From: Eukaryota sp. TZLM1-RC
Taxonomy: Eukaryota > Protista > Metamonada: BaSk clade
Direction of reading: 5' to 3'
Length of the DNA stretch: 64,000 nt
NCBI GenBank assembly: GCA_040285825.1
Contig: JAUPSS010000004.1
Coordinates: forward strand, 3,935,784 to 3,999,783
Part shown: positions 1 to 13,660 of the stretch, piece after piece
How positions within the stretch are numbered: position 1 is the stretch's first letter
Layout of the letters: the number at the start of each line of letters is the position of its first letter
Position numbers and translations under genes: made by a program
The notes under the pieces: generated by a model
Database searches by the model: none
Seen by the model: only the letters and a program-made list of their open reading frames with translations
What the model was told of the DNA's origin: nothing

Positions 1-1275
1 TACGTGCAAAAGTTCTGTCTCAATTACTGGGATGTAAAATGTTTCAAATTCCAGATCATGCTTACCTTAGTCCACAATATGGTGGTTTAGGGTGGACGAA
101 ACTCTATTCTTACCTCGTATTGCTTTTGTTGGTGGATGCAGAAATGCAATCTTTGGAGTTCTCCGAAAGATTTGCAGATTGGGAAGATTATTGATGACAA
201 CGCAAAGTTCCACTGTTTTGCATTAAATGAAGAAATTTCAAGAATTGATGTAGAAAAATGGGGTCGATGTTTTCCCCAATCATTCAATGGCAATATTCCA
301 GCAAAAAAATGTTTTAAATTTGAAGTACACTCTTCGAACATTACAGAAAAGATTGACTGGAATGTATGAAAAAGATCTTTATAATAATATTTGCAGGTCG
401 GCTGTTTTTAAATCAAGATCTTCACTCATTGTTATTGGAAAAGGGTGTTTGTGAAAACAAGGTGTCAGATTCTTCACTTTTTGTAACCATTGTACCACGA
501 AGATTTGGATTGTGTGCTACTAATGAAGCATTTGTAACAAAAATGAGATTATATTTGAACATCCCCATTAACCAATTATTATCAAAGAAAAATGTATTTG
601 TTCGAATTCACCTCAACTCACTTTGCGCCATGCTCTAAATTGCTCTAAATTGATAACTTATCGTTCTTCATTACATGATGCTGTTAGAGACACTGTTTTC
701 AATATGGCACAAAACTGCAAGGATATCAGTGTATCAAAGAGCCCCTGCTGAAAGAAACACTTTCTCTGAATAATTTTTGGTTCTGATGATAGAGGTGATG
801 TATACTGTGATTGGATTGATAATTCTGAAGCTTTTGTTGACTTTGTCTCATGTAATGTTGCAAACGATACTTTGGTTCTGAAGAAAACTTAATCCTGTGG
901 CTGCTCTGGATTTTAAAGCAAAGAAAAACATAGAAAATATGATAAAGAAATTGAAGATGCAAATATCGATAGAAATACACAGCTGGTTTTTATTGCTTTT
1001 CCATTTCGATAAATGGAAGATTATCAGTTGAAGCAGAAACTTTTTGGATGACTTCCATGGTGAAAAAAACAATGAAAAGATTTGATATTTTTATGGCGTT
1101 CACGGATTCAATTTGCCATTATTAATAGATTACCGCGGTTTTTCAATCGAATTAGAGAAGCTTTAGCTAGACAGCAAGCAAATCAAGATTTTGTGGGAAA
1201 TCTTGGTTTAATGATAGTCGTCCATTAGTTATGATTTAATTTAATCAAGTGTGCAAATTCAATAAATTAATATTC
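1..1275 (+). mobile_element. 3' part of RLE non-LTR retrotransposon, family A (CRE-like); continues beyond window start
   Basis: Same sequence as 59843-61129 and as the reverse complement of 57735-59160 (GGLG, CCHC finger, HDAVRD, RGDVY and KHRKY motifs), with many homopolymer frameshifts. Ends AAATTCAATAAAT, then target ATTTTTAAACAT (1276-1287). Confidence 0.85.
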
Positions 1276-1418
1276 ATTTTTAAACATTAAATTGTAAAAA
1301 GTAAAAATCAAAAAGTATACAATTGAATGTTGTAAACTAATAAAACAATTGCTGTAAGTGTAAGAGTATCGTTTTGATACGATTTACTGAGGCTCATATG
1401 AAGTTCCTAGTTTCGTAT
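1276..1418 (-). repeat. Partial unit of the 462 bp satellite (mirror of 19181-19326)
   Basis: Reverse complement of array sequence tacgaaactaggaacttcatatgagcctcag...aatgtttaaaaat. Confidence 0.9.
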
Positions 1419-1575
1419 CCAAGTCGGAGTACGGAAATGAAAAACCGCAGAAGGTTGCTCAGGTTGGAAGATCAGATTTTTGGGTCTGGTTTCAAACTTC
1501 AGATTTTCCAATTTTGACATTGGAATTTTACCAACCCTTAATGCAATTAATTTTGGTTTTTGCTTTCCTGTTTTT
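1419..1575 (+). promoter_or_regulatory. Duplicated spacer block, copy 1 (candidate rDNA spacer promoter)
   Basis: aagtcggagtacggaaatga...ttttaccaaccc is near-identical to 5143-5260, which lies ~700 bp upstream of 18S. The function is inferred. Confidence 0.35.
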
Positions 1576-1585
1576 CTGCATGTGT

Positions 1586-2812
1586 TTTGTATATGGCAAC
1601 GGTAACGCTAATTTCTGTACGATTATCATTCTTTTGATTAGATTAGTATTTCTTTCAAAATTTTTGAGCTTTATGCATCATTGAAACCAATGTTCATGTC
1701 ATTGATCTGATTTAAATTCTATTGTTGATAATCCTTTTTGCAATTGTTGTGACAATTTATACATGGTTATCTTGCCTTTAAAAAAATCGAAACGAATGGC
1801 GCAATTTACAGGAGAAGTTTTCAATTTATGAATAGCACCACTGGTTTTTGATCACATTTTTTTGGTGTAAAAACATTGTTGCGTGAACTTTTACATTGAT
1901 AAAAGAAAAATTATTTTACTTTTGTTATTTGACAGAAACAAAAAATAAATTTTTAAAAAAATTTACAGTTTCACTTTCATTTTGAATGTATTCTAAAAAC
2001 AGATATCATTTTTTGACTTGAATCAAAAGGTGATCGTTTGTAAAAAGGCAACGGTAACGCTATTTTTCTGCACGATTATCATTCTTTTTGATTAGGTCAG
2101 TATCTTTTTTCAAAATTTATGAGCTTTATACATCATTAAAACCAATGTTCATGTCATTCATTTGATTTGAATTCCTTTGTTGATAATCTTTTTACAACAT
2201 TTGCGACAATTTATACATGGTTATCTTGCCTTTGAAAAATGGGAAACGAATGGCGCATTTTTACAAGAGAAGTTTTTCAAGTTTATAAATACAGCATGTG
2301 TTCTTGATCACATTTTGGTGTAGAAAAACATTGTTGCATGAACTTTTTACATTGATAAAGAAAAATTATTTTACTTTTTGTTATTTCACAGAAACAAAAA
2401 TAAATTCCAAAAGAAATTTACAATTTCACTTTCATTTTGAATGTATTCTAGAAACAGATATCGTTTGTTTGATTTGAATCAAAAGGTGATCGTTTGTATA
2501 TGGCAACGGTAACGCTATTTTCTGCACGATTATCATTCTTTTGATTAGGTCAGTATCTTTTTCAAAATTTATGAGCTTTATACATCATTAAAACCAATGT
2601 TCATGTCATTCATTTGATTTGAATTCCTTTGTTGATAATCTTTTTACAACATTTGCAACAATTTATACATGGTTATCTTGCCTTTGAAAAAATGGAAACG
2701 AATGGCGCATTTTACAAGAGAAGTTTTCAAGTTTATAAATACAACATGTGTTCTTGATCACATTTTTGGTGTAAAAAAACATTGTTGCGTGAACTTTTAC
2801 ATTGATAAAGAA
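1586..2812. repeat. ~455 bp tandem sub-repeat, ~2.7 copies (mirror 17795-19015)
   Basis: ggcaacggtaacgct recurs at 1595, 2047 and 2502. Confidence 0.9.
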
Positions 2813-2840
2813 ATTTTTCTTTTTTTTATTAAACATAAAT

Positions 2841-4472
2841 TTTATTATTTTTTATTTATATAAAGAATCAAATAAAAACAAAACAAACTAAAACACATAA
2901 GAAACTAAATTCTCCACGCCAACTCTTGATGAATCCTTATAAAGTTTAGACATCATTAAACTCAAGTACTTGGGAACACTTCTGTACAAAGCGAAAATGA
3001 TACGATTTTTTTCCATAAATTCTCTGCAAAATTCTTACCACTTGAACGACATAAATTACCAAAATCATTGATGAAATTCATGGCGGATTGTCCAATGTTG
3101 CCAAAAATCGAAAAGGCAAAAGGAACAAACGAAAACTTCGAATAAAGGTTCTTATTTAAATCATTTAATATCTCAGTATATTTATCTCTCTTACGATCTT
3201 CAGCCTTGTTTAAATGGCCATTAGTACTAAGTAAAACATCATCGCGATAAACCAAAGCAAAGGGATCAACTGTAGTGAAATCAACAACAACTTGAGAGGA
3301 ATCCACAAATGGAGCAATTAAATCACCTCGACGTGAATTAAAAAGATTATCATCACTATAATACTTCAACAAAGGTTCTACTTTGCAACTAAAATTGTAA
3401 CACTTGAACATCTCATATGTCACATCACGAACGGCATTATGAAGAACTGACCTATATTGGAGAAATTTCTTACAGCTCACAATATGACGAAAATTGGCAG
3501 TAGGTTTTTTGTTACAAATACAATAAGAATTGTCCAAAAGACCACTTGGATACATCCCTAATCTCAACCGCATGTTTTGTTTCCAAGCTTCATTTGTTAA
3601 GTGAAGACCAAATGGCCTTGGTTGCTGAGATATTAAACTAGTACAGTTCTGAATGTTTGCTAAAAAGGCAGCAAAGACGGGATTATTAATCTTAGTCACA
3701 CTAAGTCGTTTAGAAAAATCCAGGTCTTCAAAACCAATAAGAACAGACTTCTGTAATTTCACAACAGCAAGATGAAGGTTGGTGAAAGATCTCGAAGGCA
3801 CAGCAGGTAAACTTGAAGGAAAACTCCTATTCCAAATATCAACAGGTAGTTCTTGCAATTATTTTTTCAAGAGAAATTAATAAAGGATGTGATTCATTTA
3901 AAGGAATATGATCAAAACGAAGTTTCCATTCAAAAAGAAAATTTTTCATACCACCAATAAAAGCACTTTTGCATAAATACTCTGCTTTTGAAAAACCAAC
4001 TCCACCAAATTTAGGACTAAAAAAATGCATGATAAGGAATTTTTGATGGACAAACTTCTACTAAATTTCCTAAGAAATTTGTTCTCAAAGTATTGAATTG
4101 ACGTGCAAAATCATGAGAAATTGTGGGAGATAAAGAACGAAGAAGGTGATTAATTTTTGATCCAAAACACACATTTAGGACCGAAAACGCTAAATGTTTG
4201 TCAATTTCTAGATCTTCAATAGCCAAAAGTTGCTCTTCGATTTTTTCCAAAATACCTGACAAAATCGATTTAACTTTTTCACTATTTCCAAAATAAGATC
4301 CAAGAAACCGAATAGCATCTTCCTCGTAATCAACGTATTTGATAAAAGTTTCATTAAATGCCACCTCCGCATGCTGATTACCAATAATGAAACACTTGGG
4401 CAATTTAATGTCTAACCCTATTTGTTTGGCCAGAAAAACAAAATGTTGTAGACCGTGTTGTAAACACGGTTG
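2841..4472 (-). mobile_element. 5'-truncated RLE non-LTR retrotransposon, family B (CRE-like)
   Basis: ORFs 4017-4403, 3839-4030 and 2962-3858 give late-RT/linker motifs (GLDIKLPKC, RFLG, GGVG), CICNKKPTANFRHIVSC, HNAVRD, VEP, RRGDL, DFTT and KRDKY. Flanked by 12 bp direct repeat TTAAACATAAAT (2829-2840, 4473-4484). Confidence 0.85.
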
Positions 4473-5139
4473 TTAAACATAAATAAAAAATAAGTTTAAA
4501 TTTTCATAAATTCGACAAACACTTTTATTGCAAAATCAGTACACAAAACTAGATGCTCTATTGATCAAAAATACTGCACCAAAAAAGCTAAAACAATTTG
4601 TCATAGTTTTCATTTGAAATCCCCATTTCTTATATGACAAAAAGACTCCACACTTGACAATAAATCTTTGAATTGTAATATCCATATGAGTGTTTCAAAC
4701 GCTGTTGAATGTTATTGTGTTTTCACACTTTCTGTGAAAACATGCTTATGCACAAGTGATACAAGGCAGGTTTGATACATGAAGAAATGATTTATGTATT
4801 CTGTTTCAATGGCAATCTTGAAAACAATAGTGTTGGCAGAAAAGATGATGTATGTACTGAAAAGAATACTGTCCAGGAAAACTTTATTAGGATAGAGTCT
4901 TCATCAAGAAGAAAGTACAACGGTGAAGACATCAAGCCAATCCATGAACAATTGAGATCAAAAGAGTGATTGAGTCAAACGATACACTTACAATAACCGA
5001 TAGGTACAAGATTTACGGAATAGAAATCCAAAATGCGCTAGGCAAGGCTGCTGCACTGATGGCAATCGTGATGCCTACCCTTCTGCCCCGAAGAATCATG
5101 GCACTAAGAGTATAATGTGTTTGAAGTTACAGACGCATC

Positions 5140-5297
5140 CCAAAGTCGGAGTACGGAAATGAGAAAAACCGCAGAAGGTTGCTCAGGTTGCAAGATCAGA
5201 TTTTGGGTCTGGTTTCAAACTTCAGATTTTCCAATTTTGACATTGGAATTTTACCAACCCATCATCCAATAGATTTTGGTTCTGTTGTCCTGTTTTT
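5140..5297 (+). promoter_or_regulatory. Duplicated spacer block, copy 2 (candidate RNA Pol I promoter region)
   Basis: Near-identical to 1419-1575 and ~560-720 bp upstream of the 18S 5' end. The function is inferred from position only. Confidence 0.35.
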
Positions 5298-5859
5298 TGT
5301 ATAAACACGAATCAAAGTTTACTAGTTATAGCATTTGCTGGTGTTGTTTTACAGTGATGACCATTATGGTCTAAAATTGTGGATTTTACAAAAAGGTTCT
5401 TTGTTTTATACAAATTGATTTAAAATCATCCAAATGAGATCAGACCACAAAAAATGGCGAAACGTGAAATGGGGGTCAGGGAATGAAAGAAATTTTCATT
5501 TTTTTATCCCATTTCGGAAAGTACTTGCTATTTGATCATTTTCAATTGATTGTTTTTAAATAATTTATGAAATTGTGAAAACAGCTCAATTGTTCATGTT
5601 GAACAAAATTTTGGTGTTGTATGTAAGCCTTAATGGAAACATTAAATTTTACTAAACGTGTCGAATTTTATGGGAAATCATTTTTGATTGAAAATTTAAA
5701 TTGACACATCAATAAGATTTGATTACATTTATCAGGATGTAATGGATCTTTATGGAAAGCACAAATGATCAACATTGATACAATCATATTTGATTGATTT
5801 CACAAAAGGTAACATTTATGAACTTTTCTGGTTTTTTAATCGGAATGTTTTATTGTTGA

Positions 5860-6948
5860 TACCTGGTTGATCCTGCCAGTAGGCATATGCTTGTCTCAAA
5901 GATTAAGCCATGCATGTCTAAGTTCAGGAGTTTTCTCCGAAACAGCGAATGGCTCATTAAATCAGTGATAATTTATTTGATAGTACTTACTACTTGGATA
6001 ACCGTGGTAATTCTAGAGCTAATACATGCAGCAAATACTTCTTTTGAAGTATGCATTTATTAGATACAAAACCAATCCTGGCAACAGGTCTTTGGTGAAT
6101 CATAATAACTATGCTGATCGCATGTCTTCGGACAGCGACATATCATTTAAATCACTGCCCTATCAACTAAATCGTAAGGTAGTGGCTTACGATGGTGATG
6201 ACGGGTAACGGGGAATTAGGGTTTGATTCCGGAGAGGAGCCTGAGAAATGGCTACCACATCCAAGGAAGGCAGCAGGCGCGAAAATTACCCAATCTCATT
6301 ACGAGGAGGTAGTGACAAAAATAACAATACTGGGCTCTTTTGAGTTCGTAATTGGAATGAGTACAACTGAAAACCTTTAACGAGGAGCTACTAGAGGGCA
6401 AGTCTGGTGCCAGCAGCCGCGGTAATTCCAGCTCTAGTAGTGTATCTTAAAATTGCTGCGTTTAAATCGTCCGTAGTTGAATCTCAGAATTTGCGTATCT
6501 TCAGGTTTTCCTGTTGGTAAACAGATTCTTCTGTCTGAGGACACTAGTCATTTGCTTCGGCGGTGGCTATTGAATTCAGACCGTTTACTTTGAAAAAAAT
6601 TAGAGTGTTCAAAGCAGGCTTTATGCAATTGAATAACTTAGCATGGAATAATAGAATAGGACTTTGGTTCTGTTTTTATTGGTTTTGAGAACTAGAGTAA
6701 TGATTAAAAGGGACAGTTGGGGGCATTAGTACTCCGGTGTCAGAGGTGAAATTCTTGGATTGCCGGATGACTAACTACTGCGAAAGCATTTGCCAAAGAT
6801 GTTCTCATTAATCAAGGTCGAAAGTTGGGGGATCGAAGACGATTAGACACCGTCGTAGTCTCAACCATAAACTATGCCGACTAGGGATTAGTAGGCGTTA
6901 AATACGACCCTATTAGCACCTTATGGGAAACCATAAGTTCTTGGGTAA

Positions 6949-7007
<59 letters not shown>

Positions 7008-7456
7008 TTGTGGAGCCTGCGGCTTAATCTGACTCAACACGGAGAAACTTACCAGGTCCAGACGTGATAAGGATTGACAGATTGATAGCTCTTTCATGAT
7101 CTTACGGTTAGTGGCGCATGGCCGTTCTTAGTTGGTGGAGTGATTTGTCTGGTTAATTCCGATAACGAACGAGATCTAAATTGCTAACTAGTTTTATTCT
7201 ATTTTCGGATAGTTTGAACTTCTTAGCGAGACTGCTGTGGTTTTACACAGAGGAAGGTTTAGGCAATAACAGGTCTGTGATGCCCTTAGATGTTCTGGGC
7301 CGCACGCGCGCTACAATGGTAGGTACAACGAGTTTGTCCTTAACCGAAAGGTTTGGGTAATCTTGTGAATACCTATCTTGACTGGGATAGATCCTTGCAA
7401 TTATGGGTCTTGAACGAGGAATAACTTGTAAGTGCATGTCATCAGCATGCGCTGAA

Positions 7457-7502
<46 letters not shown>

Positions 7503-7642
7503 GATGTTGAGGTGAAATGTTTGGACTCAATGGGTTAAGCTGCAAAGCAAGACTTGTTGGGAAAATTCAGTGAATCTTTGCATCTAGAGGAAGGAGAAGT
7601 CGTAACAAGGTATCCGTAGGTGAACCTGCGGATGGATCATTG
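5860..7642 (+). rRNA. 18S (SSU) rRNA, eukaryotic
   Basis: Starts tacctggttgatcctgccagt, contains gtgccagcagccgcggtaattcc and ttgtacacaccgcccgtc, ends tgaacctgcggatggatcattg. Confidence 0.98.
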
Positions 7643-7741
7643 TCGTTTGTGAGCTTGGCTTGCCAAGTTTCACTTTAACTGAAACCTAATACCGAACCAA
7701 CACTTTTTATTATAAAAACTAATAGTTTCTATGAAACATCC

Positions 7742-7902
7742 AACTTTCAGTGATGGATGTCTCGGCTCCTTTATCGATGAAGAACGCAGCGAATTGCGAT
7801 ACGTAATGTGAATTGCAGAATCTGTGAATCATCGAAACTTTGAACGCAAATGGTAGTTCTTTAGAGCTTCGGCTTTATTGAACTATACTTGAATCAGCGT
7901 CG
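7742..7902 (+). rRNA. 5.8S rRNA
   Basis: aactttcagtgatggatgtctcggctc...cgatgaagaacgcagcgaattgcgatacgtaatgtgaattgcagaa. ITS1 is ~100 nt and ITS2 ~160 nt. Confidence 0.95.
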
Positions 7903-8060
7903 TCTTTTATTTTTCCATTTCGGATAATTGGAATTGAAGGTTACTTCTTTTCTTAAATAATCAAATATATGATTGACTTTTATCAACATTTATTGTTGAA
8001 GGCAACTTTTACATTAATTGACGACTCATCTCTTTCATATATTGTCTTTTAGACATCATT

Positions 8061-8409
8061 TCGACCTGATTTCAAGTAAGATCACCCCCTGGACTTAAGC
8101 ATATCAATAAGGGGAGGAAAAGAAAATAACTATGATTTCCTTAGTAGCGGCGAGCGAACAGGAAAAAGCTCAAGACTGAATCTTTATGATCTATAGATTG
8201 TGAAGAGTTGTTGTCTATGGAAACCAGTATTCGGTTCTCGATGTATAAGTCCTTTGGAAAAGGGTATCATGGAAGGTGAAAATCCTGTAAATGACATCGA
8301 AGTAATTGATTCACTACTGATTTTCCGAGAGTCGCGCTGTTTGGGAATGCAGCGTTAAATGTGGGGTAAGTTTCCCATAAAGCTAAATATAAAAGGAGAC
8401 CGATAGTTC

Positions 8410-8440
<31 letters not shown>

Positions 8441-9282
8441 TCTGAAGAGAGAGTTAAAAGTACCTGAAATCACTGAAAGGATAAGCGATTGGAACTTGAT
8501 ATTGATAGCTTCGGCTGTCTTGCGTTGGAGTGATTTTGAAAATTGAGTGATTGTGGGGAAGGTAGCTATAATGAACTTCGGTTTATTGTAGTGTTATAGC
8601 CTCATAAATTGTTCTTTTTTAAGAATCAGGAATACGGTTTTACCGAGACTCCAACATAAAAGGTTCAATTGTCCCGATTTGAAACACGGACCAAGGAGTG
8701 TATCTCTTCTGCAAGTCGTAGGGTGTAAAAACCTGAAGGCGAAATGAAAGTAATTTTATGAGGGGAAGTTTCGACTGCACCCTCAACCAGTCCTTGCAAA
8801 GGGATCTGAGTATGAGCAGAATGGATACGACCCGAAAGCCGCTGAACTATGCCTGAATAGGATGAAGCCAGGGGAAACTCTGGTGGAAGTCCGTAGCGAT
8901 GTTGACGTGCAAATCACTCGTCAAATTTGGGTATAGGGGCGAAAGACTCATCGAAGCGGCTAGTAGCTGGTTACGTTCGAAGTTTCCCCCAGGATAGCTG
9001 GAGCTTGTTTTAGTTTTGTCCGGTAAAGCTAATGATTAGAGGTACTAGGGACGCAATGTCCTTAGCCTATTCTCAAACTTTAAATGGGCAAGATTTGTGA
9101 TGATACTTAAGTGATCGTTGCAATTGAATAATAGCTCTAAGTGGGCCATTTTTGGTAAGCAGAACTGGCGATGTGGGATGCTCCAAAAGACATGTTAAGG
9201 TGCCTAAGTGTGCACTCATTTAGACCCCAGAAAAGGTGTTGGTTGATATTGACAGCAGGACGGTGGCCATGGAAGTCGGAAT

Positions 9283-9316
<34 letters not shown>

Positions 9317-9736
9317 TCAACTAGCCCTGAAAATTGATGGCGCTAAAGTGTGCCACCTATACATGTCCATTAATTCAATTTATGAGTTAATGTGTAGAAC
9401 GTCGTGGGGGTTGCGTAGAAGGTTCATTGTGAAATGGACTGGAGCAGCCTCTAGTGCAGATCTTGGTGGTAGTAGCAAATAAACAAGTTGGAATCTTGTA
9501 GACCGAAGTGGAGTAGGGTTCCATGGTAAAGGTATTCTGCCATGGGTTAGTCGGTCCTAAGGCACAGGTTAACTCTTTGAGAGGGGGCTTTTATAGCTCC
9601 GTCCTGTCGAAAGGGAAGCAGGTTAATATTCCTGCACCAACAGTGGGTGTTCGTGGTAACACAATCGAATCTAGAGATGTCGGGGAGGATCCTGGGAAGA
9701 GTTATCTTTTCTTATTAACTGTCTATTGTCCATGGA
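8061..9736 (+). rRNA. 28S (LSU) rRNA, 5' part only (truncated at palindrome centre)
   Basis: accccctggacttaagcatatc, gaaacacggaccaaggag and gcagatcttggtggtagtagc; breaks after gtccatgga. Confidence 0.95.
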
Positions 9737-9923
9737 GAACCGAATACTGGTTTCCATAGACTACAACTCTTCACAATCTAATGATCATAAAGATTCAGTC
9801 TTGAGCTTTTTCCTGTTCGCTCGCCGCTACTAAGGAAATCATAGTTATTTTCTTTTCCTCCCCTTATTGATATGCTTAAGTCCAGGGGGTGATCTTACTT
9901 GAAATCAGGTCGAAATGATGTCT
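9735..9923 (-). other. Displaced inverted fragment of ITS2/28S 5' end at the palindrome centre
   Basis: Reverse complement of about 8050-8240 with a few errors. Confidence 0.8.
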
Positions 9924-10202
9924 ACCCTTTTACCCTTATGTTCTACATGAGATTTCTGTTCTCATTGAGCTCACCTTAGGACACCTCCGTTATTATTTTG
10001 GAGATGTGCCGCCCCAGCCAAACTCCCCATCTGACAATGTCCTTAAATCCGATCGTATCCGAAGACACTTAAATCTTGAAACAGGAAACCTGTTTCGGAT
10101 TAATTAAGTTAGCAAACCAATGTCAAGAGTCAGGGTGTTTCATTGGCGTAGATAAATCTACTCCCCTGTACGCTACACCTCCTGAATCGGTTCACAATAT
10201 CA

Positions 10203-10240
<38 letters not shown>

Positions 10241-10246
10241 GAATTA

Positions 10247-10282
<36 letters not shown>

Positions 10283-10304
10283 GGTAGGTAGGGACAGTGG
10301 GAAC

Positions 10305-10337
<33 letters not shown>

Positions 10338-10338
10338 G

Positions 10339-10383
<45 letters not shown>

Positions 10384-11293
10384 TGTTTACCCGTGCTTGA
10401 TTGAATCTCTTCACAATGACATTCAGAGCACTGAGCAGAAATCACTTTCTGTCAACACCGTTTCCGGCCATCAGAAAGCTTTGTTTCGATTAAACAGTCG
10501 GGTTCCCTTTGTCCGTTACAGTTCTAGGTTGACCTTTAATTGCATAAAAGTAATCCCAATGGATCAACACCTCGCATCAACGCAATTGTTGCCAATCACA
10601 TCAACGCTCAGTGCGTCACCACTAGGGCTCTTACACAAGGCCCCTAGAGCCAATCCTTATCCCGAAGTTACGGATCTATTTTGCCGACTTCCCTTACCTA
10701 CGTTCTTCTATAGACCAGAGGCTACACACCTTGGAGACCTGATGCGGTTATCGGTACGGACAACAATGAAGTGATTACTCCTCTAGATTTTCAAGGGCCG
10801 TTGAGAATACACCGGACATTACAAAAACGTAATGCTCTTCCTATCTTATATCCACTTCTCCTGTTAAACAGATTCCATGGACAATAGACAGTTAATAAGA
10901 AAAGATAACTCTTCCCAGGATCCTCCCCGACATCTCTAGATTCGATTGTGTTACCACGAACACCCACTGTTGGTGCAGGAATATTAACCTGCTTCCCTTT
11001 CGACAGGACGGAGCTATAAAAGCCCCCTCTCAAAGAGTTAACCTGTGCCTTAGGACCGACTAACCCATGGCAGAATACCTTTACCATGGAACCCTACTCC
11101 ACTTCGGTCTACAAGATTCCAACTTGTTTATTTGCTACTACCACCAAGATCTGCACTAGAGGCTGCTCCAGTCCATTTCACAATGAACCTTCTACGCAAC
11201 CCCCACGACGTTCTACACATTAACTCATAAATTGAATTAATGGACATGTATAGGTGGCACACTTTAGCGCCATCAATTTTCAGGGCTAGTTGA

Positions 11294-11327
<34 letters not shown>

Positions 11328-12166
11328 ATTCCGACTTCCATGGCCACCGTCCTGCTGTCAATATCAACCAACACCTTTTCTGGGGTCTAAATGAGTGCAC
11401 ACTTAGGCACCTTAACATGTCTTTTGGAGCATCCCACATCGCCAGTTCTGCTTACCAAAAATGGCCCACTTAGAGCTATTATTCAATTGCAACGATCACT
11501 TAAGTATCATCACAAATCTTGCCCATTTAAAGTTTGAGAATAGGCTAAGGACATTGCGTCCCTAGTACCTCTAATCATTAGCTTTACCGGACAAAACTAA
11601 AACAAGCTCCAGCTATCCTGGGGAAACTTCGAACGTAACCAGCTACTAGCCGCTTCGATGAGTCTTTCGCCCCTATACCCAAATTTGACGAGTGATTTGC
11701 ACGTCAACATCGCTACGGACTTCCACCAGAGTTTCCCCTGGCTTCATCCTATTCAGGCATAGTTCAGCGGCTTTCGGGTCGTATCCATTCTGCTCATACT
11801 CAGATCCCTTTGCAAGGACTGGTTGAGGGTGCAGTCGAAACTTCCCCTCATAAAATTACTTTCATTTCGCCTTCAGGTTTTTACACCCTACGACTTGCAG
11901 AAGAGATACACTCCTTGGTCCGTGTTTCAAGACGGGACAATTGAACCTTTTATGTTGGAGTCTCGGTAAAACCGTATTCCTGATTCTTAAAAAGAACAAT
12001 TTATGAGGCTATAACACTACAATAAACCGAAGTTCATTATAGCTACCTTCCCACAATCACTCAATTTTCAAAATCACTCCAACGCAAGACAGCCGAAGCT
12101 ATCAATATCAAGTTCCAATCGCTTATCCTTTCAGTGATTTCAGGTACTTTTAACTCTCTCTTCAGA

Positions 12167-12197
<31 letters not shown>

Positions 12198-12548
12198 GAA
12201 CTATCGGTCTCCTTTTATATTTAGCTTTATGGGAAACTTACCCCACATTTAACGCTGCATTCCCAAACAGCGCGACTCTCGGAAAATCAGTAGTGAATCA
12301 ATTACTTCGATGTCATTTACAGGATTTTCACCTTCCATGATACCCTTTTCCAAAGGACTTATACATCGAGAACCGAATACTGGTTTCCATAGACAACAAC
12401 TCTTCACAATCTATAGATCATAAAGATTCAGTCTTGAGCTTTTTTTCCTGTTCGCTCGCCGCTACTAAGGAAATCATAGTTATTTTCTTTTCCTCCCCTT
12501 ATTGATATGCTTAAGTCCAGGGGGTGATCTTACTTGAAATCAGGTCGA
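9924..12548 (-). rRNA. 28S (LSU) rRNA, 3'-truncated (longer than the + copy)
   Basis: Reverse complement of LSU, including an uninterrupted R2-type site taactatgactctcttaaggtagccaaatgcc at ~10346-10376. Lacks the terminal LSU domains. Confidence 0.95.
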
Positions 12549-12706
12549 AATGATGTCTAAAAGACAATATATGAAAGAGATGAGTCGTCAATTAATGTAA
12601 AAGTTGCCTTCAACAATAAATGTTGATAAAAGTCAATCATATATTTGATTATTTAAGAAAAGAAGTAACCTTCAATTCCAATTATCCGAAATGGAAAAAT
12701 AAAAGA

Positions 12707-12867
12707 CGACGCTGATTCAAGTATAGTTCAATAAAGCCGAAGCTCTAAAGAACTACCATTTGCGTTCAAAGTTTCGATGATTCACAGATTCTGCAATTCA
12801 CATTACGTATCGCAATTCGCTGCGTTCTTCATCGATAAAGGAGCCGAGACATCCATCACTGAAAGTT
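12707..12867 (-). rRNA. 5.8S rRNA
   Basis: Mirror of 7742-7902. Confidence 0.95.
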
Positions 12868-12966
12868 GGATGTTTCATAGAAACTATTAGTTTTTATAAT
12901 AAAAAGGGTTGGTTCGGTATTAGGTTTCAGTTAAAGTGAAACTTGGCAAGCCAAGCTCACAAACGA

Positions 12967-13106
12967 CAATGATCCATCCGCAGGTTCACCTACGGATACC
13001 TTGTTACGACTTCTCCTTCCTCTAGATGCAAAGATTCACTGAATTTTCCCAACAAGTCTTGCTTTGCAGCTTAACCCATTGAGTCCAAACATTTCACCTC
13101 AACATC

Positions 13107-13152
<46 letters not shown>

Positions 13153-13601
13153 TTCAGCGCATGCTGATGACATGCACTTACAAGTTATTCCTCGTTCAAG
13201 ACCCATAATTGCAAGGATCTATCCCAGTCAAGATAGGTATTCACAAGATTACCCAAACCTTTCGGTTAAGGACAAACTCGTTGTACCTACCATTGTAGCG
13301 CGCGTGCGGCCCAGAACATCTAAGGGCATCACAGACCTGTTATTGCCTAAACCTTCCTCTGTGTAAAACCACAGCAGTCTCGCTAAGAAGTTCAAACTAT
13401 CCGAAAATAGAATAAAACTAGTTAGCAATTTAGATCTCGTTCGTTATCGGAATTAACCAGACAAATCACTCCACCAACTAAGAACGGCCATGCGCCACTA
13501 ACCGTAAGATCATGAAAGAGCTATCAATCTGTCAATCCTTATCACGTCTGGACCTGGTAAGTTTCTCCGTGTTGAGTCAGATTAAGCCGCAGGCTCCACA
13601 A

Positions 13602-13660
<59 letters not shown>

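Noticed and set aside
1600-1625. Similarity of taacgctaatttctgtac to the trypanosomatid spliced leader
   Set aside because: Spacing is wrong, there is no donor site, and it is not conserved in the other sub-repeat copies.
4485-5135. 65 aa ORF in the rDNA spacer
   Set aside because: TTG start and no recognisable domain; duplicated only because of the palindrome.
10346-10376. R2 insertion or group I intron in rRNA
   Set aside because: The target site and the rRNA genes are uninterrupted.
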